A stretch of DNA of 64,000 bases from Synergistaceae bacterium. GTDB taxonomy: Bacteria; Synergistota; Synergistia; Synergistales; Aminobacteriaceae. Position numbers and translations under genes: made by a program. The stretch is from the NCBI GenBank assembly GCA_017454625.1, contig JAFTCP010000116.1, positions 2,917-66,916 of the forward strand. The letters are read 5' to 3'. Shown here in pieces: positions 1 through 10,404 of the stretch; the stretch's first letter is position 1; every line of letters begins with the position of its first letter. Below the pieces are notes generated by a model that worked only from the letters and a program-made list of their open reading frames with translations, made no database searches and was not told where the DNA came from.

Positions 1-1989
1 TATCCGACGAGTGAGAGATATTTTGTGATTTACGAGGCCTTAAGGAAGGGCGCAACGATTGATGAAATTCACGCTCTGACACACGTAAAAAATTATTTCC
101 TTGAGCAATTCAAAGAGTTAGTTGACGAGGAAGAGAAGATTTTGACGTTTAAAGCATCCGCGCCTTCTGCTGAAAAACATGACGGTGAGAAAGGAACGTT
201 CAAAAACGAGAGACTTCCTGATGAGATATTAATTCAGGCTAAACATGACGGCTTCGCTGACAAGTATTTAGCGTTGTTACTGGGAATTTCTGAGCAATCC
301 ATACGTGAAAGACGCGAGGCACTCGGACTTATCGAAACTTGGGAAGGCGTTCACGTCAGCGGAACTCAAAACGGAGCGTATTATTACTCCAGCTACAACA
401 ATCCCGGCGCGAAAAATCATGTCTCGTTACGCAAAAAAGTAATGATACTCGGCGGCGGCCCCAATCGAATTGGACAGGGAATTGAATTTGATTACTGCTG
501 TGTTCATGCCGCGCAGAGCTTAAAGAAACTCGGTTTTGAGACAATCATTGTCAACTGCAACCCTGAGACGGTCTCGACGGATTACGACACGAGCGATAAA
601 TTATACTTTGAGCCGCTCACTCTTGAAGACGTTTTGAGCATTTACCGCGAAGAAAAACCCGTTGGAGTTATCGCGCAATTCGGAGGACAAACGCCGCTTA
701 ATTTAGCTTCGGAATTGGAGAAAAACGGCGTAAAAATTCTCGGAACGTCGCCTGAAATTATCGACTTGGCAGAAGACAGAGGACGTTTCAAAGCCGTAAT
801 GGACAGCTTGGATATCCCCATGCCGGAGTCAGGAATGGCGGCAACACTCGAAGAAGCTCACGCGGTCGCGAACAAAATCGGTTATCCCGTCATGGTCAGG
901 CCGTCTTACGTTTTGGGCGGGCGTGGAATGGAAATTGTTTACGACGAAGCAAGCCTCGAAAATTACGTGCGCGCTGCAGTTGGAGTTACTCCGGACAGGC
1001 CAATTCTGATTGACAGGTTTCTTAATCACGCGCTCGAATGTGAAGCTGATGCAATTTGCGACGGCAAACATGCTTACGTCCCGGCTGTCATGGAGCATAT
1101 TGAACTTGCAGGAATTCACTCCGGAGATTCTGCGTGCATTCTTCCGTCAAGACATATAAGCGATGAAGCACTTGCAACGATTAAGGATTACACGCGCAAG
1201 ATAGCCGAAGAGATGAACGTTGTGGGCCTGATGAATATTCAATATGCCATCGAGAACGGAAAAGTTTTTGTGCTTGAAGCTAACCCGAGAGCGTCGCGAA
1301 CTGTCCCGTTAGTGTCGAAAGTTTGCGGTATTCGTATGGTCCCGCTGGCTGTCGAGGCAATTACTCAGGAACTCACAGGGAAAAATTCACCGCTTGAAAC
1401 GTTAAACGAGCGAGTAATCCCGTATTACGGCGTGAAAGAGGCTGTATTCCCATTTAATATGTTCCAGGAAGTTGACCCCGTTTTAGGGCCTGAGATGCGT
1501 TCAACCGGTGAAGTTCTCGGCTTAGCTGTCGAAGCAGGAGAAGCATTTTTCAAGGCTGAGGAGGCGGCTAATGCGAAACTTCCACTTAGCGGAACGGTTT
1601 TAATGGCTGTCAGCGATTCCGATAAAAGCGTGATTGCCCTAGTCGCTGAGAAATATATTAATGCGGGCTTCAAGATTTTAGCGACCGAAGGGACATACGA
1701 AGCGTTAAGAAATGGCGGGATTGAGTGTGAAAAAGTCGGCTCAAAACGTCCTGATGTCCTCGACCACGTAATCAACGGCCAAGTTCAGTTAATCGTAAAT
1801 ACTCCACGCGAAAAAGCATTTACCCAAACAGGGAGCGCGTTACGTCGTGGAGCTGTAAAAGCAGGAATTCCATATATTACGACATTGGCCGGAGCTTTAG
1901 CGGCGGTTGAAGGGATTATGACGGTGAAGGAGCAGAACAACTCGCAATCCCTGAAGAGCATAAAAGAGTGGCATAACCTAATTCATTAA
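1..1989 (+). CDS. carB: carbamoyl-phosphate synthase large subunit, C-terminal ~660 aa (5' end outside window)
   Basis: The frame is open from nt 1. An oligomerisation-domain sequence is followed by a second ATP-grasp half (KVMILGGGPNRIGQGIEFDYCCVH, VMVRPSYVLGGRGMEIV) and an MGS-like C-terminal domain. Confidence 0.9.
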   Translation, partial: YPTSERYFVIYEALRKGATIDEIHALTHVKNYFLEQFKELVDEEEKILTFKASAPSAEKHDGEKGTFKNERLPDEILIQAKHDGFADKYLALLLGISEQSIRERREALGLIETWEGVHVSGTQNGAYYYSSYNNPGAKNHVSLRKKVMILGGGPNRIGQGIEFDYCCVHAAQSLKKLGFETIIVNCNPETVSTDYDTSDKLYFEPLTLEDVLSIYREEKPVGVIAQFGGQTPLNLASELEKNGVKILGTSPEIIDLAEDRGRFKAVMDSLDIPMPESGMAATLEEAHAVANKIGYPVMVRPSYVLGGRGMEIVYDEASLENYVRAAVGVTPDRPILIDRFLNHALECEADAICDGKHAYVPAVMEHIELAGIHSGDSACILPSRHISDEALATIKDYTRKIAEEMNVVGLMNIQYAIENGKVFVLEANPRASRTVPLVSKVCGIRMVPLAVEAITQELTGKNSPLETLNERVIPYYGVKEAVFPFNMFQEVDPVLGPEMRSTGEVLGLAVEAGEAFFKAEEAANAKLPLSGTVLMAVSDSDKSVIALVAEKYINAGFKILATEGTYEALRNGGIECEKVGSKRPDVLDHVINGQVQLIVNTPREKAFTQTGSALRRGAVKAGIPYITTLAGALAAVEGIMTVKEQNNSQSLKSIKEWHNLIH

Positions 1990-2003
1990 CGATAAATTTT
2001 TAC

Positions 2004-2029
2004 GGCACCTCGCAAGGGGTGCTTTTTTT
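2004..2029 (+). terminator. rho-independent terminator after carB
   Basis: GGCACC-tcgcaag-GGGTGC hairpin followed by a T7 run. Confidence 0.6.
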
Positions 2030-2137
2030 GTGATAACATGAGGCGGGATTTAGGGGCAATAAGATATTATGAGCTATGATTTTTGGATTTTAGCGACGAC
2101 AACAGAAATATTTTTGAGAGAACAGGAGTGATACTAA

Positions 2138-2971
2138 ATGAAGTGTGATTATCATATGCATTCGGACTTCAGCGACGACAGCCGTACTCCGATGGAAGTT
2201 CAGGTTGAACGTGCTATTGAACTCGGACTTGATGAGATTTGTTTTACTGAACACGTCGATTATGGGATTAAAGAGGACTGGGGAAGCGAGAAAGTTTTTT
2301 ACAGGGACGGCAAGCCGATATTGAACGCGAATTATCCGGAATATTTTCACGCCATCGAGATTAATCGTGAGAAGTTTGCGGGGAAAATTAAGATTAAAGC
2401 CGGGCTGGAGTTCGGAGTTCAGACGCATACGATTAAACGTTTTCAGGACTTATTCGCGAAATATCGTGATAAACTTGATTTTACACTGCTCAGCATTCAT
2501 CAGGTCGGCGATAAAGAATTCTGGCTTCCGGAATTTCGACGAGGTCAAACTTGTATTGATTGCAACGAGGAATATTATAATGAGATGCTTGAAGTCGTGA
2601 AAAATTTTCATGATTATTCAGTTCTGGCCCATATGGATTTGCTGAGACGTTACGGATTGGCCGGAGATTTCCCGTTTGAGAATAACCGTGATGTAATCGC
2701 AGAAATTTTGACGCTCGCGATTAATGACGGCAAAGGATTAGAGATGAACACAGCAAGCTGGCGTTATAAGCTCAATGATACTCAGCCTTGCCGCGAAATT
2801 CTGAAACTTTACCGGGATTTAGGCGGAGAAATTATTACGCTCGGCAGTGATGCTCATTCTCCGGAATATCTCGGCGTTCACATGGACGAGGCTAAAGCTA
2901 TTCTGCGTGAACTGGGCTTCAAGACTTTTTGCACGTTTACAATGATGCGGCCCGAATATCATGTATTATGA
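2138..2971 (+). CDS. PHP-family histidinol phosphatase (HisJ/HisK type)
   Basis: N-terminal CDYHMHSDFSDDS metal-binding motif, internal HxD/H motifs, and a length (277 aa) typical of the family. Confidence 0.75.
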   Translation: MKCDYHMHSDFSDDSRTPMEVQVERAIELGLDEICFTEHVDYGIKEDWGSEKVFYRDGKPILNANYPEYFHAIEINREKFAGKIKIKAGLEFGVQTHTIKRFQDLFAKYRDKLDFTLLSIHQVGDKEFWLPEFRRGQTCIDCNEEYYNEMLEVVKNFHDYSVLAHMDLLRRYGLAGDFPFENNRDVIAEILTLAINDGKGLEMNTASWRYKLNDTQPCREILKLYRDLGGEIITLGSDAHSPEYLGVHMDEAKAILRELGFKTFCTFTMMRPEYHVL

Positions 2972-3054
2972 TGCTGAGAAAATATGCAAAGATGTCATGA
3001 GGAGAAAAAACGGCTTCGGAAAATTTAATAGAATGCCGTCTGTCTTTCATGATT

Positions 3055-3645
3055 TTATCTAGTGAACATGCCTATAATCGCTGTGATTGATTTTACCGGC
3101 ATCATCATTAATGACTTCGTTACGCTTAGGCCAATTCGTTTTTGAGCATTCAGGATTGCTAAAATATCTTCCGTTATGCTCATGCTCAAATCCCCGTAAC
3201 CTGGACTGAAACGCGACGTTAAATACTCTCCTTCATGAAGTCCCGGAATAATCTCATGTTTCGTGAACTCGTCAGCAAACTCATCGATTAAGACGCTCGC
3301 GCATGCATCAAGAGCTAACCCGTCGAGCATGTTTTTCTGTTGAGCAAGTGAGATTTGCCGGTCTACTTCATGCCCTAAGGTTGCGGCCAATAAAAAGCAT
3401 TCATCGCTTCGAGCTGTCAGACGCGCAATATCCTTGCTGTTAATGGCGGCTCCCTCAATCTCAATGCCGTTGTCAAGTCGTGCAATATGAAATCTGCCCC
3501 ACACACATCGAGGAGTTATGAAGCCGTCGAGTTTCTCGAAAGCCTCCGTAACTGTCCTCACAAGCTCCGGAGTATGTGAACTCGGCGGAACTTTCATGTA
3601 GCGCAGGGCATCTGTGATTAATTTATCGTTAAGAGCGAGCCTCAT
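3055..3645 (-). CDS. stand-alone methionine synthase (MetH) activation-domain-like protein
   Basis: ~196 aa with RFSPGYGD...KSITAIIG motifs. It overlaps the metF stop, which suggests translational coupling. Confidence 0.5.
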   Translation of the reverse strand: MRLALNDKLITDALRYMKVPPSSHTPELVRTVTEAFEKLDGFITPRCVWGRFHIARLDNGIEIEGAAINSKDIARLTARSDECFLLAATLGHEVDRQISLAQQKNMLDGLALDACASVLIDEFADEFTKHEIIPGLHEGEYLTSRFSPGYGDLSMSITEDILAILNAQKRIGLSVTKSLMMMPVKSITAIIGMFTR

Positions 3646-4510
3646 AACGTTTCACGTAAAGTACTGAGCGAATGCCCGCATCAATCCTTCTGACTGTGTC
3701 GGCCTGGTTCATCGTGTATAAGTGGATGCCTTCAACTCCGCGTGCGAGCAAGTCAATAATCTGTTCGGTGGCGTATGCAATTCCGGCTTCTTTCACGGCT
3801 CCTTGATGATGACCGTACGCGTTCACAAATCTTCGTACACGTTCAGGCACGGAAGCTCCGCACATCTCGACGACTTTCTCAATTTGGGCGGCTGAAGTTA
3901 TCGGCATAATTCCGGCGATAATCGGCTGAGTTATTCCCATCGCGCGCGCTCGTTCACGCCATGCACAGAAAATATCGTTGTCAAAGAATAATTGCGAGAT
4001 TAAGCCTTTCACTCCGAGTTCGCATTTTTCTTTCAGGTGAATTAAGTCCTCTTCAACCGAATTAGCTTCCGGGTGTTTCTCAGGATAACAGGCCGCGAAT
4101 ACGTCAAAATCATCGCCGTAATTATCCTTGATGAACTTGATTAACTCGCTGGCATGATGAAAATCTCCCAAGTCGGATTTATCTTTCAGGTCGCCTCGTA
4201 ACGCTAAAATATTTCTCACGTTGTTAGCCTTGAGCTCGTCAAGAATTGCTTTGATGTCAGCTCTCGTTGTCCCGACGCAGGTTAAGTGAGCAACTCCGCA
4301 AGTCTTGTATTTATTCTGAATGCCCGAAGTAATCTCGACCGTGTTATCCCTGCTTGAACCGCCCGCGCCGTAAGTTACGCTGATTAAGTCGGGATTGAAG
4401 CTCACGAGGCTGTCAATAACTCCGTAAGTTGCTTCGGTGCTTTTATTCCCTTTTGGCGGGAAAATCTCAAATGTATAACTCGGTGCGAGTTTCTCGAAAA
4501 AGTTTTCCAT
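3629..4510 (-). CDS. metF: 5,10-methylenetetrahydrofolate reductase
   Basis: FEIFPPK...SVTYGAGGSSR...LALRGD motifs over 293 aa. Confidence 0.85.
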   Translation of the reverse strand: MENFFEKLAPSYTFEIFPPKGNKSTEATYGVIDSLVSFNPDLISVTYGAGGSSRDNTVEITSGIQNKYKTCGVAHLTCVGTTRADIKAILDELKANNVRNILALRGDLKDKSDLGDFHHASELIKFIKDNYGDDFDVFAACYPEKHPEANSVEEDLIHLKEKCELGVKGLISQLFFDNDIFCAWRERARAMGITQPIIAGIMPITSAAQIEKVVEMCGASVPERVRRFVNAYGHHQGAVKEAGIAYATEQIIDLLARGVEGIHLYTMNQADTVRRIDAGIRSVLYVKRYEARS

Positions 4511-4640
4511 GTTAATAATTTTACTCCCCTCTCTATAATTCTAACGCCGGTGCTGCTTTACAGGAAACCAGTGTTAATGATTGTGATACTTGCAATTATT
4601 TTAGCCTTAAGTTCAGAGACTTTGTCTAGTTTCGTTCACG

Positions 4641-5537
4641 TTAATTCTGCTTTACTTGAGACAAAAGCCATTCCCTGAGTTCAGAAATTTTATAGGCGTA
4701 ATCAAATGATGTCATATGCTCAGAGTAATTTTGTTCGTTGTCGTTTCCGTCTGGAAGAGTTGAGCCTTTTGTGAAAGTTATGAAATTGGCCCGCTGTTCA
4801 TGAGAAAGTTTTACGTCCGGATTTTTCGCGTTAATGTTCTTGTACCAGACACACGGGACTTTTTCAGCGTCGAACATGTCAATAACTTCTTTTTGTCCGG
4901 TTGAAGCCTTATCGTCTCCGGCAGAAGTTATGTAGATAAATTTTTGTCCGGCCAATTTTCCGAGCGTGTTAATGTCCCACTGCCCTGACACGAATAAACA
5001 TGCTGTGAACAAGTCCGGGTATTCCGAAGCTAACACAAGAGAAGTCATACATCCCATTGATTGGCCGGTCGCGTAAACTCGGTTTTCGTCAATCGCGTAA
5101 TTCTTCACTGCCCAGCGTACAAATCTTCCCGTCGGTTCGATATAATCACTGAGAATAAAGCCGTTGTGATCATCTAAAACTGTAACATTATAGAATGGGT
5201 TAATCACGATACAATCATATTCGCTCCAGACGAGAGCGCCGTAACCCTGTTTGAGCGAAAATTCCGGTTCTTTTCCGATCGAGCTCGCATCAGCTATGAA
5301 GAACACGACGGGATATTTTTTCTCAGGTGAATAATTTTCAGGCAAGTATAAATTGTAACTGAGCGTTAAGCCCGTAACGTCATCGCTGAAAGTTTGAACG
5401 CTGAACTTACCGGCTTTGTCGCTAATTAATGCCTGTAAAACTTCGTCGCCGGATTTATCAAGATGAAATAAATTTGCGGCATAACTCGTTGATGAAATTG
5501 CGAGGATTAATAACGTCAGAAAAATTTTGAGCTTCAT
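4641..5537 (-). CDS. secreted alpha/beta-hydrolase (esterase / PHB-depolymerase-like)
   Basis: Signal peptide and a GQSMGC nucleophile elbow (GxSxG). Confidence 0.5.
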   Translation of the reverse strand: MKLKIFLTLLILAISSTSYAANLFHLDKSGDEVLQALISDKAGKFSVQTFSDDVTGLTLSYNLYLPENYSPEKKYPVVFFIADASSIGKEPEFSLKQGYGALVWSEYDCIVINPFYNVTVLDDHNGFILSDYIEPTGRFVRWAVKNYAIDENRVYATGQSMGCMTSLVLASEYPDLFTACLFVSGQWDINTLGKLAGQKFIYITSAGDDKASTGQKEVIDMFDAEKVPCVWYKNINAKNPDVKLSHEQRANFITFTKGSTLPDGNDNEQNYSEHMTSFDYAYKISELREWLLSQVKQN

Positions 5538-5583
5538 ATGTCAAGCCTCCTTGTGTTATTGTGTGTGAGAAAAATTTTCAATC

Positions 5584-5997
5584 TCACTTCTTCACTCCGT
5601 CAACTCTATCTTCTTCCCAAGTTATGAATGAGTGATAAAAAGTTTCATCGTTATCATCAAGCCCGCGAGTAATCTCCGTAACGTGAATATGTCTCGCCTT
5701 GACTTTTTCGAGGACGTAATCGACGGCTAACATTGGTTCGGTGTGAGCTCCGCAGGTATAAATGTCCAGAGCCATGTAATTAACTTCAGGCCAAGTATGA
5801 CACGATAAATGAGACTCGCTTATTACGACAACGCCGCTTACTCCATTAGGCGGGAATTTGTTAAACGAGACGGACCAAACTTGAGCGTGTGCGCGATTAG
5901 CAGCTTCAACAAGAATATCTTGTAACTTCGGAACGTTAGTGATAGTGTCATCACAGCCGGAAACTTCTACGATATAATGAACACCTTTAGGGGACAA
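5584..5997 (-). CDS. speH: S-adenosylmethionine decarboxylase proenzyme (pyruvoyl type)
   Basis: Self-cleavage motif ISESHLSCHTWPE. The start codon is TTG. Confidence 0.8.
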   Translation of the reverse strand: MSPKGVHYIVEVSGCDDTITNVPKLQDILVEAANRAHAQVWSVSFNKFPPNGVSGVVVISESHLSCHTWPEVNYMALDIYTCGAHTEPMLAVDYVLEKVKARHIHVTEITRGLDDNDETFYHSFITWEEDRVDGVKK

Positions 5998-6058
5998 TTT
6001 AACTTCTCAGCCTCCTGACAATTATAATGAAGAATTAGTAAATTGTATCATACATCAT

Positions 6059-6091
6059 AAAAAAATCTCCCCTGCACGGAGCAAGAGAGAT
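6059..6091 (-). terminator. rho-independent terminator after the flavoprotein gene
   Basis: ~11-bp stem (with G:U pairs) and a 5-nt loop, followed by a U run on the minus strand (A run 6059-6065 on plus). Confidence 0.5.
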
Positions 6092-6106
6092 AATTTTTGC
6101 ACGTTA

Positions 6107-7936
6107 TTACTTCGCTAAATCTGACATAATCACATCAGCCGCGTAAATTCCTGACCCGAACGCTAAACCTACTGCTGTTCCTTCAACCTGATAATAAGGC
6201 TGGCAGTATAAAGATCCTGCGTCAACTCCGGCAACATAAAGTCCTTTAATCGGCGTTAAGTCCTTGCGTAAAACTCTTAATTCACTATCCGTACGAACTC
6301 CGCCCAAAGTTCCCCAAGCTGAAGGCTCATACTCAACGACATAGAACGGAGCTTTTGCAACTGACTTTAAGAACGTGGGATTTTTGAAGTATTCTTCATC
6401 TTTGCCGGCCTCACAGTAAGCGTTGTAATTCTTCACGGTCTCAGCAAGTTTGCTCATATTGAAGAATTTCGCGCATTCCTCGATTGTGTCAGCTTTAACA
6501 GCCCAGCCCTGAGCTACTGCCTTGTCCAAGTCTTCCTGAAGAGTTTTGAGAATTACACCTTTAGCGGTCATTTTTCCGACGTACCAATCCTCAGGATTGC
6601 CTAAATACTCAAATAATCCGACTGTGCTGATTGCGTCAACGAAGGCTTGATCCACAACAGCGTAGAATTTTCCGGCACGCAGAACAGCTTCACCGCCGAC
6701 GGATAAGGGCTGATTAGCCATGTAATACTCGTTGAAGAAGCGTTCACCGTTGGGGTCAACAAGAAGTCCGCCGTAAATTCCTATTGTCATTGCTCCGTTT
6801 GAACGCTGCCAGCCGCCTCCCTTTTTATTCGAGCCGCCGAACTCGTTAGAGATCATCGCAAAGCTGCTCTCTTCGGTCATGCCGCCAGCTTCCTGAGCCA
6901 TTCTTAAGCCGTCGCCGGTGGATAAAGTGTTGCCGAGAGGATTAACGACTATATCGCCCCAATGTTCCTTGATAATGCTGTTGTTGCCGAGATAGCCTCC
7001 TGTTGCGAGTAAGACAGCTTCAGCCTTAATGTTGAGCTTGCTTCCGTCGGATTTTCCCGCTCTAATTCCTACAACGTCGCCATTTTCCATGATTAATGAT
7101 TCGCCGGTCGTCTCGCACATTAATCTTCCGCCAGCTTTGAGATAAAAATCTTTAATGAAAGCCGGACGGTCGCCTTTAGCTGTCTTGTAGCCATGACGAG
7201 AACGATAGCCAGCTCCGTAATTGTCCGGGCGTAAGAACATTTCAAGTCCTGTTTCAATTTGAAGCTCTACAGCCTCACCGGTTCTTGCAAGCACACGACG
7301 TAATAATCTGCTGTCGCTCGTTAAATATGCGTCTTCGGTCAAGTCGTTGAATAACATCTCATCGGTGATAGTTACGCCTTCCGCCTTCTGAACGCTCGTG
7401 TTCGAGGCCATAGGTCCGCCGCAATTCCAGCCGTTAGCGACACCGATTGTTGCGCCCTTTTCGATTACGAGGACATCAACGCCATTTTTCGCAAGTTTGA
7501 TAGCGGCCATCATTCCCGAAGCACCACCGCCGACGACTACGACTTTCGCGGATTCTTCGTTGACGATGCCTTCTCCGGCTTTAGCTACTGCTTTGTTGAA
7601 ATCGCTGACGTTGAGACCGGCCAATGTAAGAGCTTTCGTAACGGCTTCTTTGATTGCGTCTGAAGTCATCGTAGCGCCTGAGACGGCATCAACATTGACT
7701 GATTGATTAGCGATTATAGCTTGAGGAACTTTTTCTGCGGCTGTCTCGAAAATTCCCGGAGTTTCCTGATGTTCTCCGAGCTTAACGCTGACAATCTTAC
7801 CGTCTGCAATTTCGACAAGAACATGAACATCGCCGTTTTTCCCTGTACCGACGACATCATAAGTCTCAGCCGAAGCGATTACTGAGCACGACAACACGAC
7901 AAGACAAGCTAAGAGTAACAACATAACTTTTTTCAT
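6107..7936 (-). CDS. secreted FMN-bind + FAD-dependent reductase (fumarate/urocanate-reductase-like flavoprotein)
   Basis: Signal peptide, an FMN_bind flavinylation motif (DAVSGATMTSDAI), then a Rossmann motif (VVVVGGGASGMMAA) and an FAD_binding_2-like body. Confidence 0.75.
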   Translation of the reverse strand: MKKVMLLLLACLVVLSCSVIASAETYDVVGTGKNGDVHVLVEIADGKIVSVKLGEHQETPGIFETAAEKVPQAIIANQSVNVDAVSGATMTSDAIKEAVTKALTLAGLNVSDFNKAVAKAGEGIVNEESAKVVVVGGGASGMMAAIKLAKNGVDVLVIEKGATIGVANGWNCGGPMASNTSVQKAEGVTITDEMLFNDLTEDAYLTSDSRLLRRVLARTGEAVELQIETGLEMFLRPDNYGAGYRSRHGYKTAKGDRPAFIKDFYLKAGGRLMCETTGESLIMENGDVVGIRAGKSDGSKLNIKAEAVLLATGGYLGNNSIIKEHWGDIVVNPLGNTLSTGDGLRMAQEAGGMTEESSFAMISNEFGGSNKKGGGWQRSNGAMTIGIYGGLLVDPNGERFFNEYYMANQPLSVGGEAVLRAGKFYAVVDQAFVDAISTVGLFEYLGNPEDWYVGKMTAKGVILKTLQEDLDKAVAQGWAVKADTIEECAKFFNMSKLAETVKNYNAYCEAGKDEEYFKNPTFLKSVAKAPFYVVEYEPSAWGTLGGVRTDSELRVLRKDLTPIKGLYVAGVDAGSLYCQPYYQVEGTAVGLAFGSGIYAADVIMSDLAK

Positions 7937-8047
7937 TGAGAATATGCCCTCTTTCGTTAAAAATTTTTATGGATGTGTTAATTATGCCATAAATCGCGCA
8001 ACTGAGACGATAAAATTTAACGCTTAAACGGTAATTGCAAGTATGAT

Positions 8048-9696
8048 TTATACTCTCCTCCGCAAAAATCCCTTATTGTCCGGCTTAATCGGAGCAGTTC
8101 CCGGCATCATTGAGCCCGCTTCATCACTCGCGCTGACGACAAGCCGCAAACTCTCACCAGGATATAAAATTAATCCCGTCGGGTACATCTCAATCTCAAC
8201 CGGCACAATCTCTCCAGCATTGAGCTTCTCGACACGGTCAAAGCTGTGATAAGGAATTTCCGGAGTAGATTTTTCCTCGTCAAGATGACGCATCGAAACT
8301 CTGAGCCTTCCTGTGCTTCCTCGATAACGTAAAATACTTCCGCCCCGTTCAGTCAAGTCATGATTAATCGCGCTGTGATTAGGAACGGTGAACTGCTGAA
8401 GCATATTCCCTAACTAGTCGAGCTTGTAAAGTGAAATGTAAACGTCCATATCGTTATAGCCCTCAGCTTCAAGCCACAACTTAACTTTTGGATAGCCGAT
8501 AATCTCCGTTCATTCGCTGACAGTGTAAATGAAAGACGCGAGAGTAACGACACCTTCAGAATTATATTTAACGGGAAAATCTTTATCCTGAGAATTGGCC
8601 GTGCTGGTTTTGCCGTCAAGTTTTGAGTTTGCAGGGGCGTTTTCCTGTGAATTAATGCTCTCAGGTTCATCATATTTAGAACTCGGAATAAGGGTTCGTG
8701 TCATACCGTCAAGATATAATTTCTCGTACTTCACGCCTTCAGGAGGAAAAGTTTTTGCAGGAATTCCCGTAATATTGCCGCCCTCGAAGTCATGAAGAGA
8801 GTAGCGAATTATCGGCGTATCTTCCCAACCGTTATTAATCCCTTTGAGATAATAATCAAAAAATTTCTTCCTATCATCAATATATTCTTGTGTGTAGAAA
8901 TCCGGCCACTCCTGTCCATCATGAATACGCATCCACTTTTTGCCGTCTGGAATTGCGCGCCAGGCCCTGAAAGTTCCCATCGTGTGAAGAGTATTGCTGT
9001 AGCTCGCGACGACATAAGCAGGACACGTGATTTTCTCAGGCTTAGCAATTTTGTCCTGCCAGAGTTCGTTATCAGCGAGCGGATATTTCAGACCTTCAGC
9101 GGCTAAATCTTCCCATTGAACGGGTTCTCCCTCGTGAGCTTGGCTGAACTGAATACGTGCCGCAAATCCCACGTCCGTAATTTCTATGAGAGAACGCGAG
9201 ATATGATGTACCGCTGAGTGCGACTTTTCCATTGCACCAATCCTGAACAGCGAGCCATTCGATTAAATCATAGCCGTCTTTAGCCTCGTGTGTCGGGATT
9301 GCAGACCGCGTAACCTTGAGCGCACCAATAAGCCGGATCGCTTCCCTCGAACTTCTGAAGTCCTGATAATTTGCTGTCGGGAATTCCGATTACCTTAAAC
9401 AGGCTTTTATAGCTTGGACGTGTTCCGTTGTCTTTGCCGTACGGGCTCCATGAGATTAACACAGGAACTTTCTCGCTCGTTACGGGCCTGAAAATATCAA
9501 CGCAGAGTGATACGCCGTCCCTCATTTTCACGCAAACATCCTTCTCAACGACAATATCACAAGGAAGCGGCATAAATCCCTCTTCAACCTGCCAGCCTTT
9601 TGGGAGTACGCTTTTTCCAGGCTTGATAAGCTGGGGACATTCGGGCTTGTACTGCTTCGACGGCTTGAATATCATTAATTCTTCAAGTTTTGACAT
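8048..9696 (-). pseudogene. CocE/NonD (S15 X-Pro dipeptidyl-peptidase family) hydrolase, broken by several frameshifts and stops
   Basis: Three collinear ORF fragments (9696-9280, 9232-8510, 8404-8048) cover the N-terminus, cap and C-terminal beta-sandwich. The catalytic-Ser segment NGKVALSGTSYLAFS and the segment EIIGYPKVKLWLEAEGYNDMDVYISLYKLD are readable only in other frames. Confidence 0.7.
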
Positions 9697-9705
9697 AGTT
9701 ACCTC

Positions 9706-10098
9706 CTAAGTTATATCTTCGACTACATCGCCGGGACTATGAAGCTCTGCACGTGAAACTTTAATTCCGAAGACAGCGAGCAAAGGATTTTCCGAAGTCC
9801 CAAATCTCTCAACCTCCATAGGTATCCTGATTAAATATTCCTCGCGTATAATTTTATCGTGAGTTTCGTCGGCTTTACCGTAAATGCGAATCCACCTGTC
9901 TTTGCTGAAACCCACAATGCAGACATTAGGATTTTTCTTAATCTGACAATAACACGGTTTCTCTGTTATTGCGCCGAAATACATAATTCCGTCCTTCTCA
10001 AGTATTCGGTTTATCGGTCTTCCTGAGGGATAATTGCCGTCAACCGTCAAAAGGTAATAAAATCCGCATTCGTTCAAGAAATCATATGCTTTGCTCAT
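9706..10098 (-). CDS. pyridoxamine 5'-phosphate oxidase-family (FMN-binding split-barrel) protein
   Basis: 130 aa. The pattern YLLTVDGNYPSGRP...MYFGAITEKPCYCQIKKNPNVCI is typical of the family. Confidence 0.6.
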   Translation of the reverse strand: MSKAYDFLNECGFYYLLTVDGNYPSGRPINRILEKDGIMYFGAITEKPCYCQIKKNPNVCIVGFSKDRWIRIYGKADETHDKIIREEYLIRIPMEVERFGTSENPLLAVFGIKVSRAELHSPGDVVEDIT

Positions 10099-10101
10099 TG
10101 T

Positions 10102-10404
10102 TTATTCTCCTCTCAAAGTATCTCGCAAATTTTCAATACAATTCCGTAATCCTCGCAACACGCAAAGGACATAACATTTTCCGCCGACGTTATCCGAAAG
10201 CTCAATGCTAGGCTGACCGAACACGCTATCCGGGCCAATTCTGGACGCAACGCCTTCAACAGCAAGACGCTTCATGTCAAATTCTGCGATTGCTTTATCG
10301 GGATTGCTGAGAAAATATTCGTGAAGCTCTTTAACGTTGAACGGAGCTTCCTGCTGAATTAACGGCTGTAAATTCGTCTCGATCTCCGATAACATCATAA
10401 TCAA
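10102..10404 (-). CDS. hypothetical protein
   Basis: 100-aa ORF that overlaps the upstream gene by 74 nt. No motif recognised. Confidence 0.3.
   Translation of the reverse strand: MIMMLSEIETNLQPLIQQEAPFNVKELHEYFLSNPDKAIAEFDMKRLAVEGVASRIGPDSVFGQPSIELSDNVGGKCYVLCVLRGLRNCIENLRDTLRGE

Noticed and set aside
4511-4640. SAM riboswitch in the metF leader
   Set aside because: I could not find S-box, SAM-II or SMK-type consensus elements by eye. An Infernal scan would be needed to be sure.
7398-7885. + strand ORFs inside the flavoprotein gene
   Set aside because: They are antisense to a strongly supported 609-aa flavoprotein ORF.
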